Shown: positions 1 through 12,600 of the stretch, piece by piece
Position numbering within the stretch: the first letter of the stretch is position 1
How the letters are laid out: every line of letters starts with the position of its first letter
Assembly (NCBI GenBank): GCA_951406725.2
Contig: OX597833.1
Coordinates: 69,192,001 to 69,256,000, forward strand
From: Octopus vulgaris
Lineage: Eukaryota
Length of the DNA stretch: 64,000 nucleotides
Direction: 5' to 3'
Position numbers and translations under genes: made by a program
Notes under the pieces: model-generated
The model's database searches: none
What the model saw: the letters and a program-made list of their open reading frames with translations, nothing else
What the model was told of the DNA's origin: nothing

Positions 1-165
1 GGTTCTAGAGAGCAAGACAATCAGTGATTCCCAGGAAGCATTAAAGGGGCAGTCACACTGTTACATGTTACAGTTTCTCAAATCTCTCTTTGCGGACGTA
101 AAAGAAGAAAGGATACAGTGGAAACTATAGATCTTCTAATATGTATATATATATATATATATAGA

Positions 166-495
166 ACTCCACAAAGTCTGCATCGGTTGTCACATTTTGC
201 GGCTTTTCCGGCATCTCTATCCCTTTTTTTGCATCAGGTACTTGGTTGATACTTCCTGTCCCTGGATTGCAAACGCATACCCTTCAAACTGAGAGGTAGT
301 AATCCGGATATTCGTCCATGATAAACTGCTTTGATGATCGATGTTACTATCATCCTGGAGCTTTCTACTAACATATCCATGCATAGTCTTCTGCTCATAT
401 AGTCTCGTCCTTTCCTCTGAAGATACTTTGCGGTAGTCTCGTGCGACTTATTTAGGCGTGTACTCTAGGTTATCAGACATTGTTGTTTCACTCGC
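166..495 (-). mobile_element. Dong/R4-like (RLE-type) non-LTR retrotransposon fragment
   Basis: Minus-strand translation ...KTMHGYVSRK...WTNIRITTSQFEGYAFAIQGQEVSTKYL...CDNRCRLC matches the post-RT 'K.LHG / EG...AIQDQ..T / CR.C' region of R4/Dong-clade ORFs. Confidence 0.75.
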
Positions 496-1247
496 CGTCC
501 TTCGAGTTCCCTTAAATTATAAATATGTAGAGATTTAGACGTTGACCGTCTGCTTTCCGTTCTTTGCTGTCACGACCCCATCGTTGTATACGGAGGTCTA
601 TTCTGTTCTTTCTAATTATTTTAGTAATTACATCGATTCAATGTGTAATTGTTTGCTTGTGCTATCGGAAATATTAGGAAATAATGATTACATACACTTT
701 CACATAGATAATACCCGGCTGACAGCCTCTGTTGTTTTATATTAATAACACACAACAAAGCTAATATTGTCCAGCCAATGTTGTATTATTGTGTCATGAT
801 CCAAGTTTTATGAGACATTTTTGATTGCTTTTAGGAGCATAATTACAACCAATAACGATGTTTTATTGCATCTGTTATACGTTTACATCATCAATCTACA
901 TCCGGCTTTCAATAGATGATGTAATTACCAATTATTATTTGACGTGGACAATATGAACATTGAGACACATTATATATAAGAAAATAAAAGAAACTGAGAA
1001 TGTTTTGTATGGTAGATCTCTTCCTAAGTACTGTCCTTATATTTTTCATTTGAAATTAGACTTGGAAATTACCATCCGCCCTTCGTGTCGTTAACATATT
1101 CAGTAAGAACATTCCGCAGCAGAAAAATGTACTCTTTGATACCTAAAGCGAGATCGCACTCTCTCTCTCTCTCTAAATACAGTTTTGGTCGTGTTAAACG
1201 ATACTTGGGTTTCTCTAAGAGAGTATCATTAATTAATAAAGCCAGCA

Positions 1248-1465
1248 AGGCGGTGAGCTGGCAGAATTGTTAGAACACCGGGGGAAATACTGGGCAGCAT
1301 TTTGCCTGTCTTTACATTCAGATTTCAAATTCTGCCATGGTCGACACTGCCATTCATCCTTTCAGTATCTAAAAGATAAGCACTAGTTGCTTATCCGGGG
1401 TCGATTTAATCGACTTAACCCCCTCCACATAACTGCTGGCGTTGCGCCAAAATTGGAAATCAGTT
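1248..1465 (+). mobile_element. SINE family B (tRNA-like head, GTCGACTTTGCCTTTCATCC body), degenerate copy
   Basis: Aligns by eye to the better copies at 12195, 30136 and 60307. Confidence 0.75.
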
Positions 1466-1476
1466 ATGAAGACTAA

Positions 1477-1638
1477 TTAGTAGAAAGCTCCATGATGCTA
1501 GTAACATCGATCAGCAAAGCGGTTTATAATGGACGAATGTCCGGATTACTACTTCCCATTTTGAAGGGTGTGCATTTGCAATCCTGGGACAGGAAATCTC
1601 AACCAAGTACCTGATGCAAAAAAGGGATAGAGATGCCG
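1477..1638 (+). mobile_element. Dong/R4-like fragment, inverted second copy of 209-371
   Basis: Reverse complement of 209-371 with scattered substitutions. Confidence 0.8.
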
Positions 1639-1868
1639 AGTGATCGTAACAAATATATAAGCTATGTTTGGTTATTACGTCCATGGCTTGAAAGGATGTA
1701 GTGTATATTAAGACTCTCTATATTCGAACAATATATAGTGTGAAAGCTTCTGGCCATTGTGAAATTAACCGATGTTATGGTATTCCTGTTCAAGACTAAC
1801 TTCAGTACATTGGAAGAGATACAAATGCATGTCCGTCTCGATGGAGGTATCAATGTAAAGAAATATAT

Positions 1869-2066
1869 GTACAACAGAAACAGGAAGAAAGAGTGAGAGA
1901 AAGATGTGGTGAAATAGTGCAGCAGGGTTCGCCACCAGCCCCTTCCGGAGCCTGGTGGATGATTTAGGTGTTTTGCTCAATAAACACTCACAACGCCAAG
2001 TCTGGGAATCGAAACCGCGATCCTACGACCGCGAGTCCACTGCCCTAACCGCTGGGCCGTTGCGCC
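1869..2066 (-). mobile_element. SINE family A (OR1/OR2-like tRNA-derived), 3'-truncated
   Basis: Minus strand reads GGCGCAACGGCCCAGCGGTTAGGGCAG...GGTTTCGATTCCC (A/B boxes). Same head as the copies at 25970, 32576 and 40112. Confidence 0.85.
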
Positions 2067-2090
2067 AACACACACACACACACACACACA

Positions 2091-2125
<35 letters not shown>

Positions 2126-2783
2126 GAATTATATCCAACTGCTGCAATACCAGGTCACACGCTGTGAGTGCATGTATGTGTATGTCTATATGCGCGTTTG
2201 TATGTGTTGGTATGTCTGCCTATATTTGTATGAATGTGTGTGTATGTTGTATGTGTGTGCATGACATTGGACTCACGCCTGTGATTGAAACTTGTTAGAA
2301 AAAACTAGATGCAGGCCTGCAGAAAGATAATCTCTACATGTATTTGAAAATGTTTGACTTGTCTCATAACCTATCACCATGTCGGTTAAATTTTCCAGGA
2401 ATTTAGAATCTAGGTTGATCAATTGAACGAGTGGTTTAAACACTTATGGCAGATATTGATGTAGAATCTATTAAATTTCATAATATTTCAAACTGTGAAT
2501 GATCGTCGATAGTTGAGTTGAATTTGAGGAATAATTTATAAGAATATTAACAAGATTGCCAATATTTAGGAATGATATTCCGGCAAAATTATATTTTTCG
2601 ATTTTTTTCTGTTGTATTTATGATATGCACAAATGCATGTCTTAAAAGAGAGGCGCATGGCCAAGCACATACATATATGAATACTCACGTGCATGTGTGT
2701 GTATGTCGCAAAATCTCCAGATCTTCTGAAATGTAATGTTTCTGGAATCTATAAAAGAATATATATTCATACTTGCATATGTA

Positions 2784-2822
<39 letters not shown>

Positions 2823-4124
2823 GCATATATATATATATATATAAATACGCATATTTTTATATATATTTATATGTTAAATTATATATATTAATATATATAT
2901 ATACATACCTATATTGTATGTATATGTATATGCATATATATATATATGTATTATAAATACACGTATATACACACATATATATGCACACACACACACATAT
3001 ATATATATGTATTTGCATATATGCTCATAAAAGTTTGTGTGTATGTATATAACTGTGAGTGTGAGCGTGTGTGTGTGGGCTTGTGTGTGTTTGGGTGTCA
3101 CTCTCTATCTCTTTATCTCTCTCACAATCTCTCTCTTCCCCTCTCTCCCTCTCCCTCTCTCTCTTTCTCTCTCTCTGTTCAGATCGTCTTTTGGAAAGAG
3201 TGAAAAAAAATTATCTTTTGCATTTGATTTGCATTGACGTAACGAGATATTGTCAATGTGATAATAAACCAATTTAAATACTGTCACCCCTTGCGATAAA
3301 TTTCTTTCAATATTCTGTATTTCTATTAATATTTCATGAACGCAAGATATAGGTCATTAATACCCATCTTTATGCAACTCTACCTGAATGGATTATAGCT
3401 TGACTTTTCGGCTTTAGAGTTTAAAATATGCTCAAACTATTAGCAGCATGTGTAATCGTATGCATACATTTAATTTATAGCCATATATTACAAAGAATCT
3501 AATAGGAAATCATTTTAATTTGAGCAACGGGATTGAAATCTCCAGACATCAAACATATTGTTTCATTTCAGAATGATCTATTTTTCATCAGCTAGCTTTC
3601 TAGGTTGTAGCCCAGGGTTAATCCTAGTATAACCTCCATATACAGACAGACAAACAGACAGAAAGAAAGAGAGCCAGGCAGACAGATAGACAAATATATT
3701 TGCATATGCACTTTCAAAATCAACGAGAAAGAAAATAACTATGAACAACTGCTTCGAATCATCCAGATTCTGTAACGGATTGCAAATTTATGTTTAATAA
3801 TAATTGGTGCTGTTGGTTTTGTAAGTGAATGCAAAACTGTCAGTCTGGACGAGCTCGGAGATTTTGGAAAAGAAAAATCAACCAGCTGATTCGCACATTA
3901 CAAATACAATCTGTAAGCGGAACTGTGAAAATGTGCAAGACTTTCCTCAGGTTTAAAATATGACATCGTGTTCGTTATCTACATTCTAAAGATGGAACTT
4001 TGTATTTTTTTTTTAAAACCAGCTCTGTCTTCAGAGGGAGAATTTAATGATTAGAAACAAGAAAAGTATACATGTATACATACATACATACATACATACA
4101 TACATACATACATACATACATAAA

Positions 4125-4158
<34 letters not shown>

Positions 4159-4600
4159 CATACATAATACATACATACATACGTATATACATATATACGT
4201 TCGTACGTACATACATACATGTAAACAAGCATGCATATAAACGTACATACATAAATACATACATACATGCACACTTACGTACGTATGTTTGTACGTATGC
4301 ATATCAGTAATAAACAGACCAGCGACAGGAAATGGAATTCACGAGATATTTTATTCAAATCCATTACAATTGTTTCGATTTATTCTGCTCTTCTACCTCA
4401 GAGGTGAGATGCTGAGCAATAGATTTTCTTGAACTACACATGCAGGCTGCGCCGTTTTAGGAATTTTTAAAGTATATCCAATAGCATATGCATCTCTACT
4501 ATTAATGACATCAGGTAGCCAAAAACGGATTACGAGCTATACACAACATTCTACAAGGTATCTAGCTGAATATATATATATGTATGTCTGTATAAGCTAA

Positions 4601-5703
4601 GTTTGATCAATAAGTACCCGGACTACTGCTATAGTAATGATTTTAAAGCACGAAGGGTGGAGCCGCTTGGCATATATTGACCTTGAACTCTGCCTTTCAT
4701 CATGTGCACTAAATTTTAAGGTTCTAGAGCACATCTGTTGTTCACGGCATTCTTTGGAAAGAAAGAGGGTAACGTATGATCGTCGTATTGACCATGAAAG
4801 AGAAAGTTGTCATGGTGATACCAGTTCAGAGGCCAACACAAAATTGCAGAAAGTATACGGAGAAGTGTGTATGAGCCGCACACAAATGTACGAATGGCCG
4901 AAAAATGAGGTATTGGCGAACGTTCTGGGAGACCCGCAACAAGCAGAACTGAGAAAACATCACACATGCGCGTTCAGCTGTGAGGGAAAATCGTCGGAAT
5001 CTACATCCGTGAGTTATCAGAGGATGCCATCATCATCGTCATTGTTCGACCGTGGTCGAGACAATGGAATTTACCATGCTACGCCAGACTTCACGGTCCA
5101 TCATGGCATTACGGAGGTCCTGTTGCTGGATGCCTGTATCCCTGGAGATTACATCAGGGTAGGAGAGTGTGCGCCCTCTGGAATTGCGAGTAGATGGCTT
5201 CCAGAGGAGAAGAGTAGAAATTGCCCCGTTTTCAGCTCTACGACAATGTCCAGCAAACTGGACTCTCCTATCTTTCACAAGAGATGACACAGGTGGTAGC
5301 TTCCCATATATTTGCATTTTTGTCGGATAGCTCTTCCACGAGAGATTTTGAGCTCTCATAAGGAGGCGAGTGTAGGTTCCATCCAACCGCCTCTCAGAGG
5401 ATGTACAGATTAGTTACGACACAGTTGAGTGCATTATCCCTGACCATTCGTGTCTGCGAATTTTGTGCCAAAAAGGCACTCGGGTTTCAGTTGCACAAGA
5501 CCTCCTTTATTTTATCGAGAACGATGAAAACTTTTTGAAAACTTTTCGTAGTCCTCTGAGCAGGTATCACCAAGCATTTTGCAAAATTTGATGCAGGTCC
5601 TCTGTTCACCTCCCTCTGTCATCGCCAATGCGACGATCACACACTACACACGTCCCTTAGTTTCGTTTCTCTAGCAATAGTCCGGATACTTATTGATCAG
5701 ACC
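4601..5703 (+). mobile_element. Non-autonomous mariner element with TIRs, interrupted by an RTE insertion
   Basis: TIRs TGATCAATAAGTACCCGGACTACTGCTA and TAGCAATAGTCCGGATACTTATTGATCA. The N-terminal HTH relic reads GDTSSEANTKLQKVYGEVCMSRTQMYEW...IRELSEDVQISY. The right end is an inverted copy of the 5' region. Confidence 0.8.
5027..5393 (-). mobile_element. RTE-clade LINE 3' end (5'-truncated) with TSD
   Basis: ORF LDGTYTRLLMRAQNLSWK...RRVQFAGHCRR...LLLWKP...AMMDREVWRSMV, a (TGA)n tail, and TSD TCAGAGGATG at 5017-5026 and 5394-5403. Confidence 0.9.
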
Positions 5704-5866
5704 ACATATGTGTGTGCGTGTGTCCCTGTGTGTGTTTGTATCTCTGTATACACACACACACACACACACATAAATATATATATATATATATACACATATA
5801 CATATATATATATACATATATATATGTGTGTGTGTGTGTGTGTATACAGAGATACATACACACACA

Positions 5867-5923
<57 letters not shown>

Positions 5924-6230
5924 GCATGTATGTGTATGTATGTACAAATGTATATATATATTGGGCATAATGAATCTAGCATTACGATCACCCAATTAGT
6001 TTCGTTACTTTTAAGGCTGAATTGTTTCTTTTTTTCAGTTCATGGTTTTTCGCTGTTATTTCAAGCAGAATAAATTGACCGCAGACATTTTTTTTCGTTG
6101 CGTCCGGATGCCAGGCCCAAAAATTATAAATTCAAATTACGAAGACACTGAAAAGCTATAATTACTCTAATAAAGGATTTATTAATGAACTATTCATTAA
6201 TCAAAACTATTGTATAATTTCCTGTTGATC

Positions 6231-6276
6231 TTCTATTGTTGTTGTTGTTTTGCTCTTGTTCTAGTGCTTGTGCTGC

Positions 6277-6307
<31 letters not shown>

Positions 6308-6450
6308 GGCGGTGGTGGTGATGCTGGTGGTGGTGGCGGTGGTGGTGGTGCTGGTGGTGCTGGTGTTGGTGGGAGCTACTGCTGCTCCTGTTTGTGTCAT
6401 TACTGCTGTCCTTGTTACTACTGCTGCTGTTCATGATGCTGCGGCTGTTG
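6231..6450. repeat. Compound trinucleotide microsatellite (GTT)n/(GGT)n/(GCT)n
   Basis: Read directly. It accounts for the poly-V/G/H ORFs. Confidence 0.9.
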
Positions 6451-6727
6451 TCGATATTTCCCAGATCAGCTCTCTTATGAAAGTGAAATAAATTCGACAG
6501 TATTCTAAAAATGGACATCCCGAATTTGTCTCAGATATTTTAATGTTTTCCAATTTGTCACTCAATTATATTTTTGTAAGGCGGTCCGTTTTAATATTCA
6601 GGACACGTAACGCTTATTTTAGGAAGTTCTAAACTCCTCAAGGCTTCCATATTAATTTTTTATATATAGAGTAGTAGACATAAAAAAACCAAGGCTGCAT
6701 AGATATTAGAGCATTTATAGATGGAAG

Positions 6728-6896
6728 GTCTTACAGCTGCTTCTAGAATTTTAATTAATAATAATATGCCTTCATCGGAGACGGTATGAGAGGATGGTTA
6801 AGTCATATCACATCGAAACTAACTATGACTTAACTTTTCCTCTCACACCGTCTCCGATGAATGGATTTTATTATTAATTAAAATTCTAGAAGCAGC
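6728..6896. mobile_element. Palindromic Penelope-like pLTR remnant with degenerate hammerhead motifs
   Basis: Inverted arms of about 70 bp. Minus strand 6782-6728 reads GUCU-CCGAUGA-...-GAAGC-AGCU-GUA-AGAC. Confidence 0.6.
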
Positions 6897-7673
6897 GAGA
6901 AGTAGACATATTTATTTTTTACTCAAAAACTCTTAGAACATACAAACTATTCATTTAGATTTAAACATCTGTTTTTTTACATTTAAAATACAATAGGAAT
7001 GTCGAATAGTATACAAATAGGAATAAGTGCAAATAAATATTAGTACGCCGGGCCAAAAGCCTCTTCTTCCTTTCAGAAGCGATGAAAAATGTTGCAAATT
7101 AGTACGAGGGAGGGGAGATCGATGCTACGAACTTACTCATCCCCTGAAATAGCTCGACTTGTGCCCAAATTTGCAATGAATATAAAAGAAAGACTTGTGT
7201 AAAGATTGTATATTATGTGTTCATTTGCTAAAGGAAATTCTCACAATACTTAGACTTAACAAATACCTAGGACGGAAATAAAGATGTTTAAGCACACCTG
7301 AGATTCGATCCAGGCGTCTACTTGTAACCACGTATTTGTTGAGCCTTTTATGCATTTTAAATATATGTAAATTTGGTTTGATTTTCTCTCTAAATTGGAT
7401 GGAGTGAAGTCAGGAATCTATTGTATTGTATCACGACAGTAGATGATGCTCTTTTCTTTTCCACTTTGTGATTCTCTTCCTCATTCTATAGCTTACAAGA
7501 TTTCTATGTTTTATTGCCCCCAGGTCAAACCTCGTGGAGCAGGTCTAAATAAAAGCTGTATAAACATCTTGTTGTATTTAAGTTATTTCGAATTTAGGAT
7601 TGTGTTTATCTAATTTGTTTCTTTTTTAACATTGAACTTTGTGTTTTTACCCACATCATTTACATTTAAGATA

Positions 7674-8222
7674 CGACGGTGACTCAAAAGGTAATGTCAT
7701 TTTGTTTAGGACAGGTATAATTACCAACGCAGGAACATGTATCATACGTCAAAATGACGCTGGTCCTCTGTGGATCACATCCCTACTTCTCAACAGAGTC
7801 ACCGTTTCTCTCAATAGCAATGTTCCACCTTCGAATGAGAGCATGTATTCTTGCCCTGTAAAATTTTGTTGACTGTTCTTTGAGCCACTTCTTCAATACA
7901 GTTTTCACTTCCTCGTCACTGGAATAATGTTTGCCTCTCAAACCCTCTTTCATGGGACCGAAGAGATGATTGTCCAGTGACGAGGAAGTGAAAACTGTAG
8001 TGAAGAAGTGGCTCAAAGAACAGTCAACAGAATTTTACGGGGCAGGAATATATGCTCTCATTCGAAGGTGGAACATTGCTATTGAGAGAAACGGTGACTA
8101 TGTTGAGAAGTAGGGAATTGATCCACAGAGGACCAACTTCATTTTGAGGTCTGATACCTGTTTCTGTGTTAGTAATTATACCTGTCCTAAACAAAATGAC
8201 ATTACTTTTTGAGTCACCCTCG
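7674..8222. mobile_element. Fold-back mariner-derived MITE made of two inverted 3' ends
   Basis: Inverted arms of about 250 bp, TA flanks, and transposase C-terminus HLFGPMKEGLRGKHYSSDEEVKTVLKKWL...IHALIRRWNIAIERNGDSVEK. Confidence 0.92.
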
Positions 8223-8313
8223 TACTTCTTTGAGAGAAAACAAAATCTTTAATATATTTAAGAATGCTTGCACAATAATATCGCCTGAAAAGATTTCGAA
8301 TTACCGTACAAAT

Positions 8314-8349
<36 letters not shown>

Positions 8350-8350
<1 letters not shown>

Positions 8351-8655
8351 AAGTTAATCCAAACAAGAAAGCACAAACAAACACAACGACGCGAGGACGT
8401 GGAACAAATATAGTATTATTGGACGCTCAGGAAAGGAGGGTTTAACGTTTTGAGCGGAGCTCTTCGTCGGAAACATAGGAGAAGGACAGATCCAGAGAAG
8501 GGAAGACAGAGGAAAAAAATCGCCAACGGTACACACCAGGTCACATTTTTATATATATTTATGTATATATATTTGGACTGTTTGGGATTTTCCTCTATCA
8601 CCTGTTTCTGAAGAAGTACTTCCTTTCCTTCTCTGAGCGTCTTTTAATGCTTTAT
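8350..8655. mobile_element. Penelope-like pLTR remnant pair in inverted arrangement with a hammerhead-like motif
   Basis: Minus strand 8474-8440 reads GUUU-CCGACGA-AGAGC UCC GCUC-AAAAC-GUU-AAAC. A partial plus-strand copy lies at about 8570-8655, with related copies at 36600, 39960 and 46830. Confidence 0.55.
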
Positions 8656-9090
8656 ATATATGATGTATGACCTACATGTTAACTGTCCACTCAATCTCCT
8701 TCGAAATAATCCCTTTCGTAGTCACAAACGTTATTTAGCGTCGATTTTCAATTAGGGAAGCATCCCGGAAGCTCCTTTTGGGGATACCGAGAACGTGCCT
8801 CGTCGTATCCACTTCGATTTCCTCGAAGTCTTCAAATCTTGTTGGAGTCTTCCACAGCGTAGACTGAGCATTTGTTTTAGGGATATGACATTCCCATGAA
8901 GGGAATCACACCACTGCTATTTAGCCCTAGGAAGCATCAACGCTTCCTGTCGGCCTTGACACATTTCCTGTGTCTTTATGTTTACAAGGGGGAGACAAGC
9001 ACCTCCACCCAGCTGAGCCTGCATACAGAGACTAGTTTCTGAGACTTGCTATTTGGAGATGCCTGTCTTGCCTTTGCAAACATATAAGTA

Positions 9091-9194
9091 TTCTAGTGAA
9101 ATACATTCACTGATTACAAAAATAGAAATATTACCGAGATATTTAGAAATGTAATATTTCTATTTTTGTAATCAGTGGATTTATTTCACTAGAA
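9091..9194. repeat. Inverted repeat, 44-bp arms with 16-nt spacer
   Basis: TTCTAGTGAAATACATTCACTGATTACAAAAATAGAAATATTAC pairs with its near-perfect reverse complement (2 mismatches). Confidence 0.9.
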
Positions 9195-9195
9195 T

Positions 9196-9248
<53 letters not shown>

Positions 9249-9366
9249 TAATACAATTGTTTGTTTGTATTCCACCTGCCTTAGTCTTTTGTTTATTTCC
9301 GTAAACCTGCCTTCGTCTTTTGTCTATTTTCATAAAGCTTCCAGTTATATATATATGACCATTCCG

Positions 9367-9574
<208 letters not shown>

Positions 9575-10032
9575 GTAGCCAAGATGATTGTACTTGGAAT
9601 GTCATTGTCCTTGCTTATCAAGACCGACATTTTGTGAAACCAACAACCGTAGCAGCAGCAGCAGCAATAACAACAACAACAACAACAACAATAACAAACC
9701 CATATTGCTGATTTGTCAGTCATCCATCGAGCATTATCTCTCGGTTGGTATTTCATTCAGTATTGTATCTGGTCAGAATAAAATGAAAAGCCATAATTAA
9801 TTTACGCTATCAGTTTGATGAAGCGTTCAGTAATTACAATGTTCATTTTAATTAGGTTTAGTGCACGTTTATACCTATTTAATGATATCTTTCGGAGATG
9901 AGTGATAGGCTGGCAGACGTTTTAGCATGCTTGGGTAAATCCTTTGCTCTGTTAAGTTATGGCATTTTAAACTAGGTTGGTTGGCTTCAGCTCAGCCTAC
10001 AATATGTATATATATATTACATACACACACAC

Positions 10033-10160
<128 letters not shown>

Positions 10161-10599
10161 TTATATATATAATATTTGGGTCAAGTCTGACCCTTTTTGA
10201 CCCTAGGTCTGAACATCCAGTGACCTACAGGTGAAACTCGGTGTAGCATATGACTGCTTGAATCAAAATAAAACATCAATCTTTAATATTTAATTTGAAA
10301 ATAGTATTGTGTACTTTTCTCCGACTTAAAGCATTATACGGAGATGTGTGTGTGTGTGTGTATTTGTTGTTATGTCTGCGTTTGTGTGTGTGGTGTGTTT
10401 CTGTATACATATATGTAAGCTAGCCATTTTGGCATTTATCATCTATATGTTATCAGGTACATTATATCTAAAAGTATTCACAGCAGCATGACAGGAACCA
10501 TCAGGCTAAATTTGACTGATTGCGTCAAAAGAAAAGAAAACCCAATATTTATCTATTTTTAAGAAATCAAAATATGTCGACTGGATTATGGCTGGGAAG

Positions 10600-11060
10600 T
10601 AACAGTTTAATCACGGTGATATTCGCCTCAACAGGCCTTGGAAACTAGCGCATGAATTTGTTACGGTGTCCCTGGGGAGTTTACCGAACACCTCCTTTAT
10701 CTTGTCCACGATGATCTGGGCTTTAGTTTTCCAGTCATAATGGTTGATGTCTTTCTCAACCTCAGCCTATTCGTAGTAATCTATGGAATTATAGTCGGTG
10801 TGATTAGAAGGCCAGCAATTGGGAATGTGAAAGAAGTCGGAGAAATTCTCCAGCAACAGGTTCTGAGACTTTCCAGAGATATCGCAAGGAGCTGAATACT
10901 ATTGCCTTACATGTGGCCTTCCAGCAGCAACTCCGCCAAGCCAAAATTTGACCAGCGTCAAAAAAAGCCTCAGTTAGACGTCTGAATTGAGTATAATGTC
11001 CTCTTCAAAGATTTGCAGCTATTCGAACACCTACTGGAGGACTTCATGCTGGTCACGGTT
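10600..11060 (-). mobile_element. Degraded Tc1/mariner-superfamily transposase fragment (catalytic C-terminal half)
   Basis: Minus-strand translation VKFWLGGVAAGRPHVRQ*YSAPC...SQNLLLENFSDF...WPSNHTDYNSIDYY..VEKD...KIKEVFGKLPRDTVTNSC resembles the QQDSAPCH...WPPNSPD.NP.DY motifs. Confidence 0.75.
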
Positions 11061-11319
11061 TTAAAATCTCACTTCGATCTGTCCAGTTCACGTCTGACAA
11101 AATTTAAAGAGTTCTCAACCCAATGAGCAGCAGTCACGATGTCGGCATGTCAGCCAAAGTTTTCTCCACTAGTTTAACCTTTATGCTCTAAAACGCCTTT
11201 GTCTGTACACCAATATGTGGACGTATAACTGAGAAAAAAGAGACATACGAATTGTCAAATTCAGACTTAACAACCTGTATATACTTAACAACCCCCTTAC
11301 GAAAGTTCAGTATTAGTTT

Positions 11320-11510
11320 CAAACTTTGGCATAAGGCCAGTAATTTGAGAGCTGGGCGAAGTCGATTACAGCGACCCCAGACGCTCAACAGGTACTTATT
11401 TTAACGACCCTGAAGGATGAAATGCAAAGTCGAAACCGGCGGAATTTGAACTGAAACCGAAACGTAGGACGAAGGGCTATTAAGTATTTTATCCAGCGTG
11501 CTATCGAATT
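11320..11510 (-). mobile_element. SINE family B, degenerate
   Basis: Contains GAAGGATGAAATGCAAAGTCGA...GGCGGAATTTGAAC, the reverse complement of the family B body. Confidence 0.75.
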
Positions 11511-12194
11511 TTTGCGCAGAAGTTTAATATTCCAAGGGAGGTCGAAGGAGGAAAATGATTTCAATTCTGATGAGCTTGAGATTTGAAACCGTTGTGGAGA
11601 ACACGACGATTGCGCTTGTGAGACGCTACTTTAGAGTTACTTGCGTTCCATATAGATCGAAAACGGCATCGTCTCAAAATATCTGCTCTCTTCGAAAGAG
11701 ATATGCTGAGCTGTTGTGTCATACATTGTTCCAGTACCGGTTCACAGGAGGCAATATTCCCAGTTTAAACTATACTGCTCTGTGTCAAATTCCGATACAA
11801 AGAGACAAAACAACGTATGTCACACCATATTTCATATCTATGTTCCAGATGAGAGGAGTATATCGATCAGATATCTCTGCATTACACAGTCTTGATGCAG
11901 AACATATCATTTCCACTTTGTTTTCCCATTTCCCCCCCCCCCACGCTGTTCTGTTTTTTTTTTGTTTTTTTTTTGTACTTCGCATGTTGTTGTAGATGGC
12001 CCTGCATAGAATTTAGTGTAACTATAAATCGATGAGTTTGTATATAGCATAGAAGTTTCGACCGGGTAAACATATACATTGCTTGACACAAGTACTCTGT
12101 TCGTAACTGCATTTTATAAACAAACGAAAACAGGGGAAGTTCGAGAGCTTAAGACGGCGCACACTTCTATATTTTCTAAGAAGAAATACAAAAT

Positions 12195-12600
12195 AAGGCT
12201 GCGAGCTAGCAGAAACTTTAGCACACCGGGCGAAGTGCTTAGCGGTATTTCGTCTGTCTTTACGTTCTGAGTTCAAATTCCGCCGAGGTCGACTTTGCCT
12301 TTCATCCTTTCGGGGTCGATAAATTAAGTACCAGTTACGCACCGGGGTCGATATAATCGACTTAATCCGTTTGTCTGTCCTTGTTTGTCCCCTCTGTGTT
12401 TAGCCCCTTGTGGGTTGTAAAGAAATAGAAATAGGTATTTCGTCTGCAGCTATGTTCTGAGTTCAAATTCCGCCGAGATCGACTTTGCCTTTCATACTTT
12501 CCGTGTCGATAAATTAAGTACCAGTTACGTTCTGGGGTCGATGTAATCGACTCGCCCCCCTCTCCAAAAAATTCAGGCTTTATGTCTAAATTAGAAAAGA
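12195..12600 (+). mobile_element. SINE family B, full monomer plus head-less second unit
   Basis: Head GGCTGCGAGCTAGCAGAA...GAGTTCAAATTCC, body and tail ...GTAAAGAAATA, then the sequence restarts at GGTATTTCGTCTG. Confidence 0.9.

Noticed and set aside
4637-5287. Longest ORF (216 aa) as a gene
   Set aside because: Chance fusion of a mariner HTH relic with the antisense strand of the RTE insertion.
6210-6518. Poly-Val/Gly/His ORFs or a G-quadruplex element
   Set aside because: Trinucleotide microsatellite. GG-only tracts give no specific evidence of function.
11563-11600. CTGATGAG...GAAACCGTT as a hammerhead
   Set aside because: No convincing stem I or stem II pairing.
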